NCBI GenBank assembly: GCA_021202525.1 | Contig: JAJQCV010000015.1 | Coordinates: 5,020 to 69,019, forward strand | Direction of reading: 5' to 3' | Length of the DNA: 64,000 nt | Origin: Akkermansiaceae bacterium | Lineage (GTDB): Bacteria > Verrucomicrobiota > Verrucomicrobiia > Verrucomicrobiales > Akkermansiaceae | Made by a program: the position numbers and the translations under genes | The notes under the pieces: model-generated | Told to the model about the DNA's origin: nothing | Databases searched by the model: none | What the model saw: only the letters and a program-made list of their open reading frames with translations | In this document: in pieces, positions 9,429 to 18,970 of the stretch | How the letters are laid out: each line of letters begins with the position of its first letter | How positions within the stretch are numbered: the stretch's first letter is position 1

Positions 9429-10754
9429 TTATTCCTCGCTTTCCAGCGCCTCTTCCCGCATCAGCGGGGTAATCCGGGTGACGACGCACCGCTCCACCCC
9501 TCCGTTGTCCGTCCGGGTTACCTTGAATTCCAAACCGAGGTAACCGACAATATCGCCTTCCCGTGCCGGAGCCTGGAGCAGGTTGAGGACCAGACCGCCC
9601 ACGGTGTCTATTTCCTCATTCTGCAAGTCCATGTCCAGCGCCTCCCCCAGTTCGCCGATGCGGGCCAACCCGGACACGTCGCAGGAAAATCCCACGGCAT
9701 CCGGCGGCAGGTCCGTCAGCACGCGGATGCGGCCGCGGTCCCAGCCCATTACCTCGGAAAATACGTCCGTCAGGGTGAGCAGGCCGGAAGTGCCGCCGTG
9801 CTCGTCCAGGATAATGGCCAGCCGCACGTTGTCCCTCCGCATGATTTCCACCACATTGTCAAATTTGACGGTCTTGGGGACCTTCGGAATGGAATGAATG
9901 TATTCGGCTCCCATAGATTCTCCCCGGAGCATGATCTGGAACAGGTCGCGGGCATGAACCATCCCGACCACATGATCCAGGTCCCCGCGGTAAACGGGGT
10001 AGCGCGTGCGACGGGTGCGGCGCACGATTTCCCGGATTTGCTCATGGTCCGCTCCTTCCGGAATGGCGTCTATCCGGACGCGCGGCGTCATTACCTGATG
10101 CACATACAAGTCGTCCAGATCAAACAGGCAGTCCATGATGCGGCCGGATTCTTCCGGCAGGGCGCCGTTTTCATGGCTTTCCTCAATGATGTACTGGAGT
10201 TCCTCCGCAGAATGGTAGTGCGACTTGGATTCATTCCTGTCCACGCCCAGAAGTCCCAGAAAGAAGTTGCCCAGCATGTTCATGCCCACCACGAGGGGAT
10301 ACAGGCAGAGCTGGATGACGTACATGGGCATCGTGATGATGAGGCAGAGCTTCGTGGCGTATTGAAGGGCCAGGGCCTTGGGCACCATTTCCCCCAGAAC
10401 GATGTGCAGATACGTCAGCATGCCCACGGACAGGACACTGGCCGCGCCGTGTGCCACCAGCCAGGAGGCCCACCCGTACTGGGCCAGCCATTCCTGAATC
10501 CATACGGCCATGGTATGCTCCCCGTACATGCCCAGCCCCAGGCTGGCGAACGTGACGCCGAGCTGGGCCGTGGCAATGTAGCGGTCCTGAAGCCTGGGGG
10601 TTTTCAGCACCTGGGTGATGTGGCGCGCCACCATGTTGCCGGAGGCCGCCATCTGCTCCAGGGCCGCGCGGGGCGCGCCGAGCAGGGCGAATTCTGCAGC
10701 CACGAACAAGCCGTTGAGAACGATCAGCAGCAGGATGATGAAAACCGTCATCAT
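9429..10754 (-). CDS. HlyC/CorC (CNNM, DUF21-CBS-CorC) family Mg2+/Co2+ transport protein
   Basis: LNGLFVAAEFAL, AQLGVTFASLGLG, LGEMVPKALA, VMTPR, DEHGGTSGLLTLTD. Confidence 0.9.
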   Translation of the reverse strand: MMTVFIILLLIVLNGLFVAAEFALLGAPRAALEQMAASGNMVARHITQVLKTPRLQDRYIATAQLGVTFASLGLGMYGEHTMAVWIQEWLAQYGWASWLVAHGAASVLSVGMLTYLHIVLGEMVPKALALQYATKLCLIITMPMYVIQLCLYPLVVGMNMLGNFFLGLLGVDRNESKSHYHSAEELQYIIEESHENGALPEESGRIMDCLFDLDDLYVHQVMTPRVRIDAIPEGADHEQIREIVRRTRRTRYPVYRGDLDHVVGMVHARDLFQIMLRGESMGAEYIHSIPKVPKTVKFDNVVEIMRRDNVRLAIILDEHGGTSGLLTLTDVFSEVMGWDRGRIRVLTDLPPDAVGFSCDVSGLARIGELGEALDMDLQNEEIDTVGGLVLNLLQAPAREGDIVGYLGLEFKVTRTDNGGVERCVVTRITPLMREEALESEE

Positions 10755-12088
10755 ATGTCCACCCCGCTTTCTACGGCAGGTTTATCTTCCGCCTTTTTTT
10801 CAGGAGGGAGCAGCAGGACGGAAGATACGCGGTTGTGGTCCATTTTCTCCACCACCAGCACGCGCCCGGCGATGATCAGGCGGTCCCCCTCCTTCGGAAT
10901 GCAGGACATGTGCTTGATCACGCAGCCGCCTACCGTCGTGGCTCCGTTCATCAGGAAGGGAACCAGGCATTCCGCCTTGTGGGCACGCATCATTCCGGGA
11001 ATTCTGACGGAGCCGTCAGGCAGGTATTCCACCTTTTCACCGGAGCGGATGAATTCATCGTCAATGTCACCCACCATTTCACCCAGCAGTCGTTCCAGCG
11101 TCACCAGCCCCACGAATTTTCCGTATTCATTCAGTACGAAGGCTTCCTTGGCCTTTTCCTCGCGCAGCTGGGACATGAGCATTTCCACCGTCTGCATTTC
11201 CATCACGCACGGCACCTGGCGCAACATGGAGCGCAAGGGGGGAAGAACACCCTTTTCCGTGTAAGCAGCCACCATGTCCTTGATGTGCAGCATGCCGATC
11301 ACGGATTCCCGGTTGCCCTCATATACGGGGATATGGGTGTGGGGTCTGCCGGAAATCATGTCCAGAATATCCTCCTGCGTGGCGTCCACGTCCAGGCAGA
11401 CCAGCTGGAAGCGGGGAATCATGATTTGTTCCACGGTGCGTTCCGCCAGGGACAGCGCGCTGTGCAGCCGCTCGTGTTCGTCTTCCTCCAGCATGCCGCC
11501 CTCATGGCTTTCATCCAGCAGCATGTTGATTTCCTGCTGGGAGTGGATGTGCTGGTGGCCGCCCGGCGGCAGTCTGAAGAGCTTGAGCAGCAGCAGGCCG
11601 CTCCCGTTCAGGAAGTCAATGAACCACGCGAAGAAAGTGAGCGTCCAGCGCATGGGGTAATACGTGTACAGGGCCGCCTGCCGCGGAAATTGGAGAGCCA
11701 GCGACTTGGGCATCAGTTCCCCCAGAATCACCTGGAACACCGTCAGCCCCACCAGAACGACCAGAGCGGAAACGGAGGCGGCCATCACGGAGTCCATCCC
11801 GCCGAACCGCTCAAAAAGCGGAAGCAGGTAGGAAGACAACTGCACCTGCCCGTACGCACCCAGAATCAGACTGGAAATGGTAATGCCGAACTGGCAGGCC
11901 GCAATGTAGCGGTCAAGCTCGCGGGTGTTCTCCAGGATTTTCAGCAAATGAACGGCCACCTTGCTGCCGCCCTCCGCCATTTCACGGATCATGTTGCGGC
12001 GCACGCTTACGGCGGCGAACTCTGCGGCAACGTAAAAGGCGTTGACCAGAATCAAAAGGAGAATAACGAAAATGATGAAAAGAATCAT
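10751..12088 (-). CDS. HlyC/CorC (CNNM) family protein, tandem paralog
   Basis: VNAFYVAAEFAAV, ACQFGITISSL, LGELMPKSLA, IMIPR, NEYGKFVGLVTLE; 4 nt ATGA overlap with the downstream paralog. Confidence 0.9.
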   Translation of the reverse strand: MILFIIFVILLLILVNAFYVAAEFAAVSVRRNMIREMAEGGSKVAVHLLKILENTRELDRYIAACQFGITISSLILGAYGQVQLSSYLLPLFERFGGMDSVMAASVSALVVLVGLTVFQVILGELMPKSLALQFPRQAALYTYYPMRWTLTFFAWFIDFLNGSGLLLLKLFRLPPGGHQHIHSQQEINMLLDESHEGGMLEEDEHERLHSALSLAERTVEQIMIPRFQLVCLDVDATQEDILDMISGRPHTHIPVYEGNRESVIGMLHIKDMVAAYTEKGVLPPLRSMLRQVPCVMEMQTVEMLMSQLREEKAKEAFVLNEYGKFVGLVTLERLLGEMVGDIDDEFIRSGEKVEYLPDGSVRIPGMMRAHKAECLVPFLMNGATTVGGCVIKHMSCIPKEGDRLIIAGRVLVVEKMDHNRVSSVLLLPPEKKAEDKPAVESGVDI

Positions 12089-12127
12089 GAATTCCTGGGG
12101 TGTCCGTAAAACACAACGGGCATCCGC

Positions 12128-12155
12128 ATCATAGAAACCGCAAAAGTCCTGTCAA
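12128..12155 (-). promoter_or_regulatory. Candidate sigma70 promoter of the HlyC/CorC pair (TTGACA-N16-TATGAT)
   Basis: Near-consensus hexamers at 12155-12150 and 12133-12128. Confidence 0.7.
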
Positions 12156-12278
12156 GATTTCCCTGCATAATTTTATGCCATGGAAAAGCCTTCCCCTTCC
12201 CTGCCGTTCAAGGTTCCGCCATTTGCCGCGGATAGTCACATCTCCACTGCAATGTTTCCCGTTTTCCGCGTTATTCCG

Positions 12279-12821
12279 TTATTCCCGCTTCAGTTCAAAA
12301 GTGACTTCCACGTCCCCGGAGCCGAGGGCCTTCGCAAGCCCGGCGGCATTGCCAACGCGCCCCAGCCGCGTATAGCTGTAGGATGTGGAAAAAGTCTTGT
12401 AGAAGAGAACCAGTCCTCCGGCGCCCCACAACATCAAATCCCCTTCACGCACGGTTCCCGGGTTGGCCGCGGCAACGGGCAAGGGCCTGGAGAGGCGGTA
12501 AAATTTTTCATTCCCGTTGACGTCCTCCATCTTGAGCGTCAAAGGCAGCAGTGCCCGGAATGCGGCAGCGGCAGCGTTATCTGAAAGGGTGGCCGTGAAG
12601 GTTGCGGAGCCGACGGTTATTTTAATCATGTTGTTCATGACTTTGTTTTTTTGCGGGTGATGACCGGCAACCATACCGCCGTGGGGAGCATCGGCCCCGG
12701 AATGTCCGGCGGTTCCGTCCGCATCGCATGAAGTCATGCAGAGCAGGAGCGCCAAGGCAGGAGAGAAAATTATTGTTCCTGACGCTTTGCGGGAGAAGTG
12801 CATTTTTTTCATCTTCGTCAT
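12279..12821 (-). CDS. Cyclophilin-like fold protein, probably exported
   Basis: IKITVGSATFTATLSDNAAAAAFRALLPLTLKMEDVNGNEK, GDLMLWG, LVLFYKTFSTSYSYTRLGRV; lipobox-like LLLCMTSC. Confidence 0.75.
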   Translation of the reverse strand: MTKMKKMHFSRKASGTIIFSPALALLLCMTSCDADGTAGHSGADAPHGGMVAGHHPQKNKVMNNMIKITVGSATFTATLSDNAAAAAFRALLPLTLKMEDVNGNEKFYRLSRPLPVAAANPGTVREGDLMLWGAGGLVLFYKTFSTSYSYTRLGRVGNAAGLAKALGSGDVEVTFELKRE

Positions 12822-12824
12822 GAT

Positions 12825-14057
12825 TTATTTAAAGAGTGGGAGCCATTTTCCGTAAGTCAGCATGCGCCATATCCATTCCAGGGGGCCGAACAGGCAATAA
12901 CGCAGCCAGATGCGGCTGAATGCCGCCTCAAAGAGATAGACACCGGCTGCCGCCAGCATGACGGCAACAAGCCCGGTATCCGCACCAAAGCCGAAGCCGA
13001 TGCCATAAAAAATAATCATGCCCAGCACGGACTGCCCGATGTAATTGGTCAGGGCCATTTGCCCCGGAGCCGCCAAAATTTTGAATATCCGGCATTCCCT
13101 GCGGTGGAGGTACCACAGGCTGACGGACGCCATATACGCCAGCCCCACAGGGAAAACGCCAAACGCATACAGGGCCGAATGGGCCGTCATCCCCCACGGA
13201 TGGCCGTTCATGGAGCTCCACGCATAGAATACGGAGGCGGGCAGTCCGATCGCGAAGCCGTACATGGATACTTTTTTCAAGAGCTTTCTGTTGCCTTCCA
13301 GATTGGCATACAGGCGGTTTCTGCCTATGTAGAATCCCAGCAGGAACAATCCCATCACCTTAAAGAAACGGTTGCCGTCAATGAATTCCTGCATTCTGAC
13401 GAAGGCCCCCTGCACCAGGAATTTGAAAACGTCCGTGTAGCTGCCGGCATCCCTCAGCCAGAAGGCGAAGTTGTCTTCCGTAATGCCGTATTTTGCACAG
13501 AAGTACTGCTGCATGCGGACGACCGGGGCGGACGGGTCCATGCCGGAGACAGCCCTCGCCGCATCCGCCGCGATGGGGACCAGCAGCAGGAACGCGGAAG
13601 CAAGGAGCAGCCCCTTGTTGGATACATTCCGGAAGAGAGGCAGAAGCAGGCCCAGCAGGGCATAAAGCATCAGGATGTCACCGCTCCAGAGGAACATCAG
13701 GTGCAGGAAGCCGATGACCAGCAGGATTCCCATCCTCCGGTAGAAGATGCGGAAACCGTCCGCATGCTTCCGCATGGCGTTGGAGATGATGATGGAAAAT
13801 CCTATCCCGAAGAGGAGTGAAAACATCGTGTAGAATTTTCCGTCTATCAGGATGTACTGGATGTATTTGATGATCCTGTCGATTCCAGCTGTGGGCATTG
13901 CCGACACGGCGTCGCTTTTCAGAAAGGTATAGAGGGAGAATTCCGGGAAGTTGGCCAGACAGATTCCGAAGAGCGCCAGTCCCCTTAAAGCATCAAGGAT
14001 GACATGGCGTTCTTTCGGACGGACCGGGTCAATGTGTTCTGAAGGATGGTTTTTCAT
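12825..14057 (-). CDS. DUF418 (YeiB-like) membrane protein
   Basis: ILDALRGLALFGI, GKFYTMFSLLFGIGF, GDILMLYA, GQMALTNYIGQS, GPLEWIWRMLTYG. Confidence 0.87.
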   Translation of the reverse strand: MKNHPSEHIDPVRPKERHVILDALRGLALFGICLANFPEFSLYTFLKSDAVSAMPTAGIDRIIKYIQYILIDGKFYTMFSLLFGIGFSIIISNAMRKHADGFRIFYRRMGILLVIGFLHLMFLWSGDILMLYALLGLLLPLFRNVSNKGLLLASAFLLLVPIAADAARAVSGMDPSAPVVRMQQYFCAKYGITEDNFAFWLRDAGSYTDVFKFLVQGAFVRMQEFIDGNRFFKVMGLFLLGFYIGRNRLYANLEGNRKLLKKVSMYGFAIGLPASVFYAWSSMNGHPWGMTAHSALYAFGVFPVGLAYMASVSLWYLHRRECRIFKILAAPGQMALTNYIGQSVLGMIIFYGIGFGFGADTGLVAVMLAAAGVYLFEAAFSRIWLRYCLFGPLEWIWRMLTYGKWLPLFK

Positions 14058-15252
14058 GGTTGTTTTTCAGGATTTGAGAAGATGTGAGAGGATTTGAGGA
14101 ACGGTTCCTGAGGAAGATGAAGACGATGCCCGCCACGAGAAACAGCAGCGCCCCCAATACGGAATAGCGCGTATTGAAGAAGGTGATGAACAATCCGCAA
14201 ACGGCCGTCCCCACCGTCGTTCCAAGGTTGGCGGACGCCAGAAAGAGGCCATTGGCAAAGTCGGGAGCTTCCGGCGCGGCATCCGTGATGATGTACTGCA
14301 TGTTGTTGCTGGCAATGCCAGCCAGAATTCCCAGAACAAAGATGATGGCTACTGCCGGGACAAGCCAGCCCCCCAGCAGGAACAAGGACGCGTAAACCGC
14401 AAAGAGCATGAAGGGAATAACGGTCACACACCGCACGGCATTCAGGGAAAGCAGCCTGCCCGCCAGGAGGTTGCCGACGATATTGGCCAGCCCATACACC
14501 AGCAGCACCGTGCCAATGAGCGTGTAGGATATTTCCGTTACCGTTCTCAGATAGTCCGACATGTAGCTGAAAAAGCCGAACATGGCCGCGTTGATCATTG
14601 TAACGGCCAGAATGGCCTGCCAGGTGACTGCCTTTTTCAGAACACCGAGCTGGGTTCCATAGGAAAGCCGCTCCCGGACGGGCAAAGAGGGGACAAAGAG
14701 CAGCGTAGCCACAAGCACCACGGCATTCACGGCGGCAAAGAACAGCATGGCCATGGAGAACGACGCCATACTTGCAATGAAGCTGGTGACCGGAACGCCC
14801 AGGACCATTCCGGCCGATACGCCGATGAAGACCCTGGCAACAGCCCTGGGGGCTCCCGCCTTTCCTGCCGACGCCACAGCCACCGTGAAGGCCATGGAAA
14901 CGTAAACCGGGTGAAGGAAGGCGGGAATGGCCCGGGCTATCAACACGACTGTAAAACTGTCCGTAAATGCTGAAACGAGATTGCTCAGCGTGAAGGTTCC
15001 CAGGGCCAGCAGCATGACCGTCCTGCGGTTGACCCTGGAAAACAACATCGGCATGACGGGAGCGGACAAGGCCACAATCAGCGCAAACAGGCCGACCGTC
15101 CAGCCGGCATCCGGCACGCTGATCTGAAATGTCTCCGCTATCTGGGGAAGAATCCCCACGACTCCCATTTCCGTATTGATGATCCCGAATACGCCGACGG
15201 TAAGGATAAAGACAAGCAGACCGCCCGTATGCTGGTTGTTTTCCTGTTTCAT
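14029..15252 (-). CDS. MFS transporter, DHA1 (AraJ/NepI-like)
   Basis: FGIINTEMGVVGILPQIA, about 12 TM segments, GMVLGVPV, FLASANLGTTVG. Confidence 0.9.
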   Translation of the reverse strand: MKQENNQHTGGLLVFILTVGVFGIINTEMGVVGILPQIAETFQISVPDAGWTVGLFALIVALSAPVMPMLFSRVNRRTVMLLALGTFTLSNLVSAFTDSFTVVLIARAIPAFLHPVYVSMAFTVAVASAGKAGAPRAVARVFIGVSAGMVLGVPVTSFIASMASFSMAMLFFAAVNAVVLVATLLFVPSLPVRERLSYGTQLGVLKKAVTWQAILAVTMINAAMFGFFSYMSDYLRTVTEISYTLIGTVLLVYGLANIVGNLLAGRLLSLNAVRCVTVIPFMLFAVYASLFLLGGWLVPAVAIIFVLGILAGIASNNMQYIITDAAPEAPDFANGLFLASANLGTTVGTAVCGLFITFFNTRYSVLGALLFLVAGIVFIFLRNRSSNPLTSSQILKNNHEKPSFRTH

Positions 15253-15284
15253 CGTTTAATCGTGTCCGGTCCCCTTTTCCGTTT

Positions 15285-16208
15285 TTATTCCGTGTACTGC
15301 ATTTCAGAAGTTCTCTTGTCGGCGGATGCCGGGTGCCATGCAGCCTGTCCGGATTCCGCCCCACGGGTTTCCACGGAACAGTCACCCGGCGCCTTGCAGT
15401 GGCTGTCCAGAATGATTTCCCCGTAACCGTCCGCCACAATGCGGCCGCTGCGCGGATTTTTGATGCTGCGGACCGTTCCGCTGATTTCCGCCTGCACGCT
15501 GGCGTATTCAAAGGCCAGATCGGCATCCTCCGCCATGGAGCAGTTTTCCATGACCAGATCCGTGGCGTAGCACAGGGGCTGGGTTCCGGAAATCCGGCAG
15601 TTGACCAGGCGCAGGTTTTTCGAGTGCCAGCCCAGATATTCGCCGTCCAGCACGGAATCATACACCGTTACGTTTTCCGTGTTCCAGAAGGCGTCCTTGG
15701 AATGGATTTCCGCATTGCGTATTTCCACGTTTTTACAGTACTGGAAGGAATAGTTCCCCTGAAGCCGAAGTCGATTGATCCGTATATCGGAACCGTGCAT
15801 GAATATGTAGTCGCCCTTGTCCGCCGCCACCTGGTCCAGTTCCACATGGCTGCAATGCCAGAGGGTTTCCTGGGCATTGGGCAGACGGACGCGCCCCAGC
15901 TTCAGCCCGTCCATGTCGCGGAACATTTTCGGAGCTTCCACGAGGGTGTCCGCCATGTGCAGATTCCTGCAATACCAGATGGCGGCCCGTGCCCCTTCCC
16001 GGAAGATGCAGTTCCTGACGAGAAGGTCTTCATTGTGCCAGAAGGGGTATTTCCCCGTGAATTCACAATGAACGGCTTCAATTCCGGAGCATTCCTTCAA
16101 GGCCGATTCTCCGGGGAGGATCGTCACGTTGCGGAGTCTCAGGTTGCGGGTGGCAAAGAGGGGGCGTTCGCCTCCGTACGATGCGTTGCTGATGTATTGT
16201 TTTTTCAT
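15285..16208 (-). CDS. DUF3737 family protein
   Basis: YGGERPLF, GESALKEC, GKYPFWH, EAPKMFR, IHSKDAFW, GEYLGW, GTQPLCY, DLAFEY. Confidence 0.82.
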   Translation of the reverse strand: MKKQYISNASYGGERPLFATRNLRLRNVTILPGESALKECSGIEAVHCEFTGKYPFWHNEDLLVRNCIFREGARAAIWYCRNLHMADTLVEAPKMFRDMDGLKLGRVRLPNAQETLWHCSHVELDQVAADKGDYIFMHGSDIRINRLRLQGNYSFQYCKNVEIRNAEIHSKDAFWNTENVTVYDSVLDGEYLGWHSKNLRLVNCRISGTQPLCYATDLVMENCSMAEDADLAFEYASVQAEISGTVRSIKNPRSGRIVADGYGEIILDSHCKAPGDCSVETRGAESGQAAWHPASADKRTSEMQYTE

Positions 16209-16502
16209 AATGATGTGTGTTGTTGAAAGTATCGTTAATGTCTGCCGGGGCAGGAGATTTTTTGAAAGGACGCTTGTGATGCCCCTGTTCTTCAGGGTTT
16301 GTAATTTTTGCTGTTTGTATTCAGGGTTAAAGTTGGAATAACTGTAACTAGGATAGACCGTTTTTTCACGGTGGCATGAAGGATTGTTTCCGGCGGCAGG
16401 TTATTTGGTGTTGGCGAGAGGAAGTCCCGGCATGGGGTATCAACGAAATGTGATTGTGACGATGCGGCAGGGAGAGGTTCGGGGAATGGGGAGAATAGGG
16501 AG

Positions 16503-17459
16503 TCATGGAATTCCTTTCCGAATGTGGCTGCCGGAAGGTTTTCTGATGAGGGAGATGCTGAAAAGGATGATGCAGAGCCCCATTATTTGAATCCAGCTTA
16601 TCGCCTCACCGCCCAGCATCGTGCCCAGTACCACCGCCACAAGCGGGTTTGCGTAGGCATGAGTGCCTACTTCCGTTGCCGGGCGCACCTTGAGGAGCCA
16701 GATGTAGCTGGTATAAGCGAGGATGGAACCGAACAGGATCAAATAAATCAGGGAAAGCCATGCGGCGGACGGAACCGCTTCCCAATTGACGGCAGCCGTT
16801 TCACGGCCCAGGAGCGAACATATCCAGAACATTGCGCCCGCAAAAAGCATTTGCCACGCCGCTCCGGCAAAATCGTTCACCTTTTCTTCGGAAGACGATT
16901 TGTATTTTGCATACAGCGTTCCGAGAGACCAGGAGATGCAGCCCAGGACCAGGAGAACCACGCCGTATTCGTGATGGACGTTTTTCTCTCCATGGAAGAG
17001 CTGTTCCAGGAACAGGAGCCCCACCCCCAGGAATCCCATGACAATGCCGATGGAAACGGCAGGAATTCTGAAATTTGTTTTCCACATGGGGACGTCCAGA
17101 GCCATGATCCAGATGACGGTTGACGATGCAAGGATGGCCACGAGGCTGCTGCTCAGGTATTGCTGGGCGAGCATGATGACTGCCATGTCAATGAAAAGCA
17201 GGATAATTCCGCTGACGGCGGACTTCCGGATCAATCCGCCCCTGAAGATGCCCTCCCCCCTGAGGCGGCTGAAGGTCAGCAACAGTATGCCCGCCGCACT
17301 GAAGCGCAGGCCTCCCAGCAGAAACGGGGGAAATCCCTTGAGGGCCACGCCTATGAAGTAGTAAGTGGACCCCCAGACGACGTAGATCAGAAAATACGCA
17401 AGGAGAACAGCCACGCGTCCCGGTTCTTTTTTGGTCGTGCTTTCCGTCATTGCCGTCAT
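16503..17459 (-). CDS. EamA/DMT family transporter (YedA-like)
   Basis: IYVVWGSTY, FPPFLLGGLRF, LILFGSILAYTSY, THAYANPLVAVVLG. Confidence 0.9.
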   Translation of the reverse strand: MTAMTESTTKKEPGRVAVLLAYFLIYVVWGSTYYFIGVALKGFPPFLLGGLRFSAAGILLLTFSRLRGEGIFRGGLIRKSAVSGIILLFIDMAVIMLAQQYLSSSLVAILASSTVIWIMALDVPMWKTNFRIPAVSIGIVMGFLGVGLLFLEQLFHGEKNVHHEYGVVLLVLGCISWSLGTLYAKYKSSSEEKVNDFAGAAWQMLFAGAMFWICSLLGRETAAVNWEAVPSAAWLSLIYLILFGSILAYTSYIWLLKVRPATEVGTHAYANPLVAVVLGTMLGGEAISWIQIMGLCIILFSISLIRKPSGSHIRKGIP

Positions 17460-17609
17460 GTTCCGGTGCCGATTTCCGCGGAGGGCTTATCAGGCGAAAG
17501 CCATGCAGGTTTTCCTGTTTGTCCCTGTTTTATTCGTGAATCGCCGGGAGCATCGCCGCGGGAAGGTCCGTGACCAATGCTCCCGGCCCGTTCTTTTAAC
17601 GCGGGAGGA

Positions 17610-18713
17610 TTATTTCAGGTTTTTAGTGAAGAAGTCCGTCAACTTGTCGAACGGAATCAGGTCCACCCGGTCATAGAGGTCCACATGCCCGGCCTTGGGC
17701 ACCCAGTACAGTTCCTTGGGTTCGGCAGCCTTCCGGTAGGCGTCTTCACTGAATTCGCGTGAATGGGCCTCCTCGCCCGTGATGAACAGCAGGGCGCGGG
17801 GGGAGATGGTTTCAATGTCCGCAAACGGATGGAAGTTCATGAATTTCACGTTGCTGGTCAGCGTGGGATGCGTAGTTAGTTCCGGCGACTGGCCGCTGGG
17901 GGTGAATTCGCCTCTCGGAGTGCGGTAGAATTCATAAAATTCCCTTTCAATGGGGTGGGAATTTTCATGGAGTTCATGCACCGTGCCGCTGGTGTATTTG
18001 GCTGCCCCGCCGGAGAATTCCACATAACGCTGTTCCGCCGCCTCCGCGAGAGTTTTCTTTCTCTGTTCTAGAGTTTGCGATTTCCGGAGTCCGTTGCGGT
18101 TGGCCGCACCCATGTCATACATGCTGACGGTGGCGACGGCTTTCAGACGCGGGTCGATTTTGGCGGCGCTGATGGCAAAGCTTCCGCTGCCGCAAATCCC
18201 GATGGCCCCGATGCGGCTGCGGTCGACAAACGGGCGCGTGCCCAGAAAGTCCACGGCCGCGCTGAAAGCTTCGGCATACATGTCCGGAGAGACGGCGTTG
18301 CGGGGTTCTCCCTCGCTTTCACCCCAGAAGGGTAGATCGATTGCCAGCGTCACGAATCCCCGTTCCGCCATTTTCGTGGCGTACAGGTTGGCGCTCTGTT
18401 CCTTGACGGCGCCCATGGGGTGCCCCACGACGATGGCGGGGTATTTCGCATCCTTGTCCATGTCTCCGGGCAGGAACAGGTTTCCCGCCACCTTCATTTT
18501 ATACTGGTTGTTGAATTCAACTTTCTGCGAGGCGACCTTGCCGCTCTTGTAGAAGTTGTCCGCGTCTGCGGGCTTGTCCGCCGCACAGGCGATGCCGCCA
18601 GACATGACGAGCGCGCCCAGGGCCGTTGCCGTGAGGTTTTTCACTTTGCGGTTGATGATGGATTTCGAGTTCATTGACTGTTTCTTTCTGTTTGCTTGAT
18701 TGATGTTTTTCAT
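17610..18713 (-). CDS. Exported alpha/beta hydrolase (YcjY-like, Cys nucleophile); start may be 18674
   Basis: VVGHPMGAVKEQ, WGESEGEPR, nucleophile elbow GICGSG, HSREFSE, GHVDLYD. Confidence 0.85.
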   Translation of the reverse strand: MKNINQANRKKQSMNSKSIINRKVKNLTATALGALVMSGGIACAADKPADADNFYKSGKVASQKVEFNNQYKMKVAGNLFLPGDMDKDAKYPAIVVGHPMGAVKEQSANLYATKMAERGFVTLAIDLPFWGESEGEPRNAVSPDMYAEAFSAAVDFLGTRPFVDRSRIGAIGICGSGSFAISAAKIDPRLKAVATVSMYDMGAANRNGLRKSQTLEQRKKTLAEAAEQRYVEFSGGAAKYTSGTVHELHENSHPIEREFYEFYRTPRGEFTPSGQSPELTTHPTLTSNVKFMNFHPFADIETISPRALLFITGEEAHSREFSEDAYRKAAEPKELYWVPKAGHVDLYDRVDLIPFDKLTDFFTKNLK

Positions 18714-18933
18714 GGGGCGGAGGAAGGATTTCCGGCATGTTTCAGCGCAGCCTCTGTGCCCCAGGCCGCCGGGGGGCAGGAAACGGGGTGTGCTTCACCC
18801 CTCCCACCTTTCCCCTTTACGGTCCTGTCCGGTCTTTCAACCGGATAATGGCAATATAACAGAAGATCCGGAAATCAGGTAGCCCGATACTTTTGCATTA
18901 TTGCCCAATCCTGCAAAATGGAGATGAATGGAA

Positions 18934-18961
18934 TTGCCCCCGGCCATTTCTTGAATACAAT
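18934..18961 (+). promoter_or_regulatory. Candidate promoter of the AraC gene (TTGCCC-N16-TACAAT)
   Basis: Hexamers at 18934-18939 and 18956-18961; 9 nt to ATG 18971. Confidence 0.55.
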
Positions 18962-18970
18962 GGGGACATC

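Noticed and set aside
18841-18914. GGA-Nx-GGCAA-like repeats as AraC binding sites
   Set aside because: Three loose copies with inconsistent internal spacing; too weak to call.
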